The notes under the pieces are model-generated. The model did not search any database, had not been told where the DNA came from, and worked only from the letters and a program-made list of their open reading frames with translations. Both the position numbers and the translations under genes were made by a program. From Pseudodesulfovibrio piezophilus C1TLV30 (GTDB lineage: Bacteria; Desulfobacterota; Desulfovibrionia; Desulfovibrionales; Desulfovibrionaceae): DNA of 32,000 nt. Shown one piece after another: positions 30,872 to 32,000 of this stretch. The stretch covers positions 3,122,411 to 3,154,410 of the forward strand of contig NC_020409.1 in NCBI RefSeq assembly GCF_000341895.1, given 5' to 3'. How positions within the stretch are numbered: the first letter of the stretch is position 1; each line of letters opens with the position of its first letter.

Positions 30872-32000
30872 ATGGCTAAGACGAAAAAGGTCGTGCAGTT
30901 CGATGCCGCCGATATCAAGGAAGAACTTCTCAAGAAGTATCCGCCCAAGGTGGCTCGCAAGCGCGCAAAGCAAATAATGATCAATGAGGCTCAGGAGTCC
31001 GAGACTCCGCCTGAGATCCTGGCAAATGTCCGTACCATCCCCGGTATCATCACCATGCGTGGATGCACTTATGCCGGTTGCAAGGGGGTTATCCTCGGCC
31101 CCACCCGTGATCTCGTAAATATCACCCACGGTCCCATTGGTTGTGGTTTCTATTCCTGGCTTACTCGCCGTAACCAGACTGAACCTGGACCGGACGGTGA
31201 TAACTACATGCCGTACTGTTTCTCGACCGATATGCAGGATCAGGACATCATCTTTGGTGGTGAAAAGAAACTCGCAGCAGCGATTCAGGAAGCATACGAC
31301 CTGTTTCATCCCAAGGGGATCGCCATATTCGCGACCTGCCCGGTCGGCCTGATTGGTGATGATGTCCACGCAGTGGCCAAAAAGATGAAAGCCAAATTCG
31401 GAGACTGTAACGTGTTCGGCTTCTCCTGCGAAGGATACAAGGGAGTTTCCCAGTCCGCAGGTCACCACATCGCGAATAACCAGGTCTTCACGCACCTGAT
31501 CGGTGAAAATGAGACCCCTTCTGAAGGCGAATACAAAATCAATCTCTTGGGTGAGTATAACATTGGTGGAGACGGTTTTGAGATAGATCGTATCTTCAAG
31601 AAGTGCGGTATCACCAATATCGCAACCTTCTCAGGCAACTCGTCCTATGATCAGTTCGCCTCTGCCCAGCATGCTGATTTGAGCGCGGTCATGTGTCATC
31701 GCTCTATCAACTATGTGGCTGATATGCTTGAAACTAAGTATGGCATTCCCTGGATAAAGGTCAACTTCATCGGAGCAGAGGCAACAGCGAAATCTCTGCG
31801 TAAGATTGCTGAATACTTTGGCGACAAGAAGCTTATCGATAAGGTCGAGGCTGTCATTGCAGAAGAGCTGGTCGAAGTGAAGACTGTCATCGAAGACGTT
31901 CGTTCGCGTACTGAAGGCAAAACAGCCATGATGTTTGTTGGTGGTTCACGTGCCCACCACTACAATGAACTGTTCGTCGAGATGGGAATGAAAACATTAT
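30872..32000 (+). CDS. nifD: Nitrogenase molybdenum-iron protein alpha chain NifD (3' end outside the window)
   Basis: Missing from the ORF track because the frame is open at the window edge. ATG 30872 follows GAAGGAGAG. My translation is MAKTKKVVQFDAADIKEELLKKYPPKVARKRAKQIMINE...TMRGCTYAGCKGVILGPTRDLVNITHGPIGCGFYSW...FATCPVGLIGDD...SQSAGHHIAN... Confidence 0.95.
   Translation, partial: MAKTKKVVQFDAADIKEELLKKYPPKVARKRAKQIMINEAQESETPPEILANVRTIPGIITMRGCTYAGCKGVILGPTRDLVNITHGPIGCGFYSWLTRRNQTEPGPDGDNYMPYCFSTDMQDQDIIFGGEKKLAAAIQEAYDLFHPKGIAIFATCPVGLIGDDVHAVAKKMKAKFGDCNVFGFSCEGYKGVSQSAGHHIANNQVFTHLIGENETPSEGEYKINLLGEYNIGGDGFEIDRIFKKCGITNIATFSGNSSYDQFASAQHADLSAVMCHRSINYVADMLETKYGIPWIKVNFIGAEATAKSLRKIAEYFGDKKLIDKVEAVIAEELVEVKTVIEDVRSRTEGKTAMMFVGGSRAHHYNELFVEMGMKTL

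Overview
The window has three parts, and the gene content looks like an anaerobic, probably sulfate-reducing deltaproteobacterium (inference only). (1) Positions 1-11315, minus strand: a PEP-CTERM/exosortase exopolysaccharide locus. It encodes a PrsT-like TPR lipoprotein, a priming sugar transferase, an exosortase fused to an EpsI domain, a secreted exosortase substrate, an ExeA-like ATPase, a BY-kinase-like P-loop protein, a Wzz-like chain-length determinant, an outer-membrane beta-barrel and a Wza-like exporter. (2) Positions 10761-16664: a c-di-GMP / sigma-54 control region. It holds two paralogous PilZ proteins with ribbon-helix-helix-like N-termini, a PrsR-like sigma-54 activator, a CBS-PAS-GGDEF cyclase, a VanZ-like protein and a second exosortase substrate. 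The prsR leader looks like a c-di-GMP-I (GEMM) riboswitch. Several GG-N10-GC sigma-54 promoters are visible. (3) Positions 16932-32000: a BMP-family binding protein plus a hybrid histidine kinase, an alkyltransferase-like (ATL) protein, and a peroxiredoxin-like gene with an in-frame TGA at the catalytic Cys position (a probable selenoprotein that the ORF track splits in two). These are followed by TetR + RND efflux genes, a repeat protein of unknown function, and the start of an anaerobe-type nif cluster (nifV divergent from nifH-nifI1-nifI2-nifD) with a textbook sigma-54 promoter. I saw no tRNA, rRNA, CRISPR array, transposase or integrase. The most interesting candidate system is the c-di-GMP circuit built into the exosortase locus: riboswitch, sigma-54 activator, two RHH-PilZ proteins and a diguanylate cyclase.
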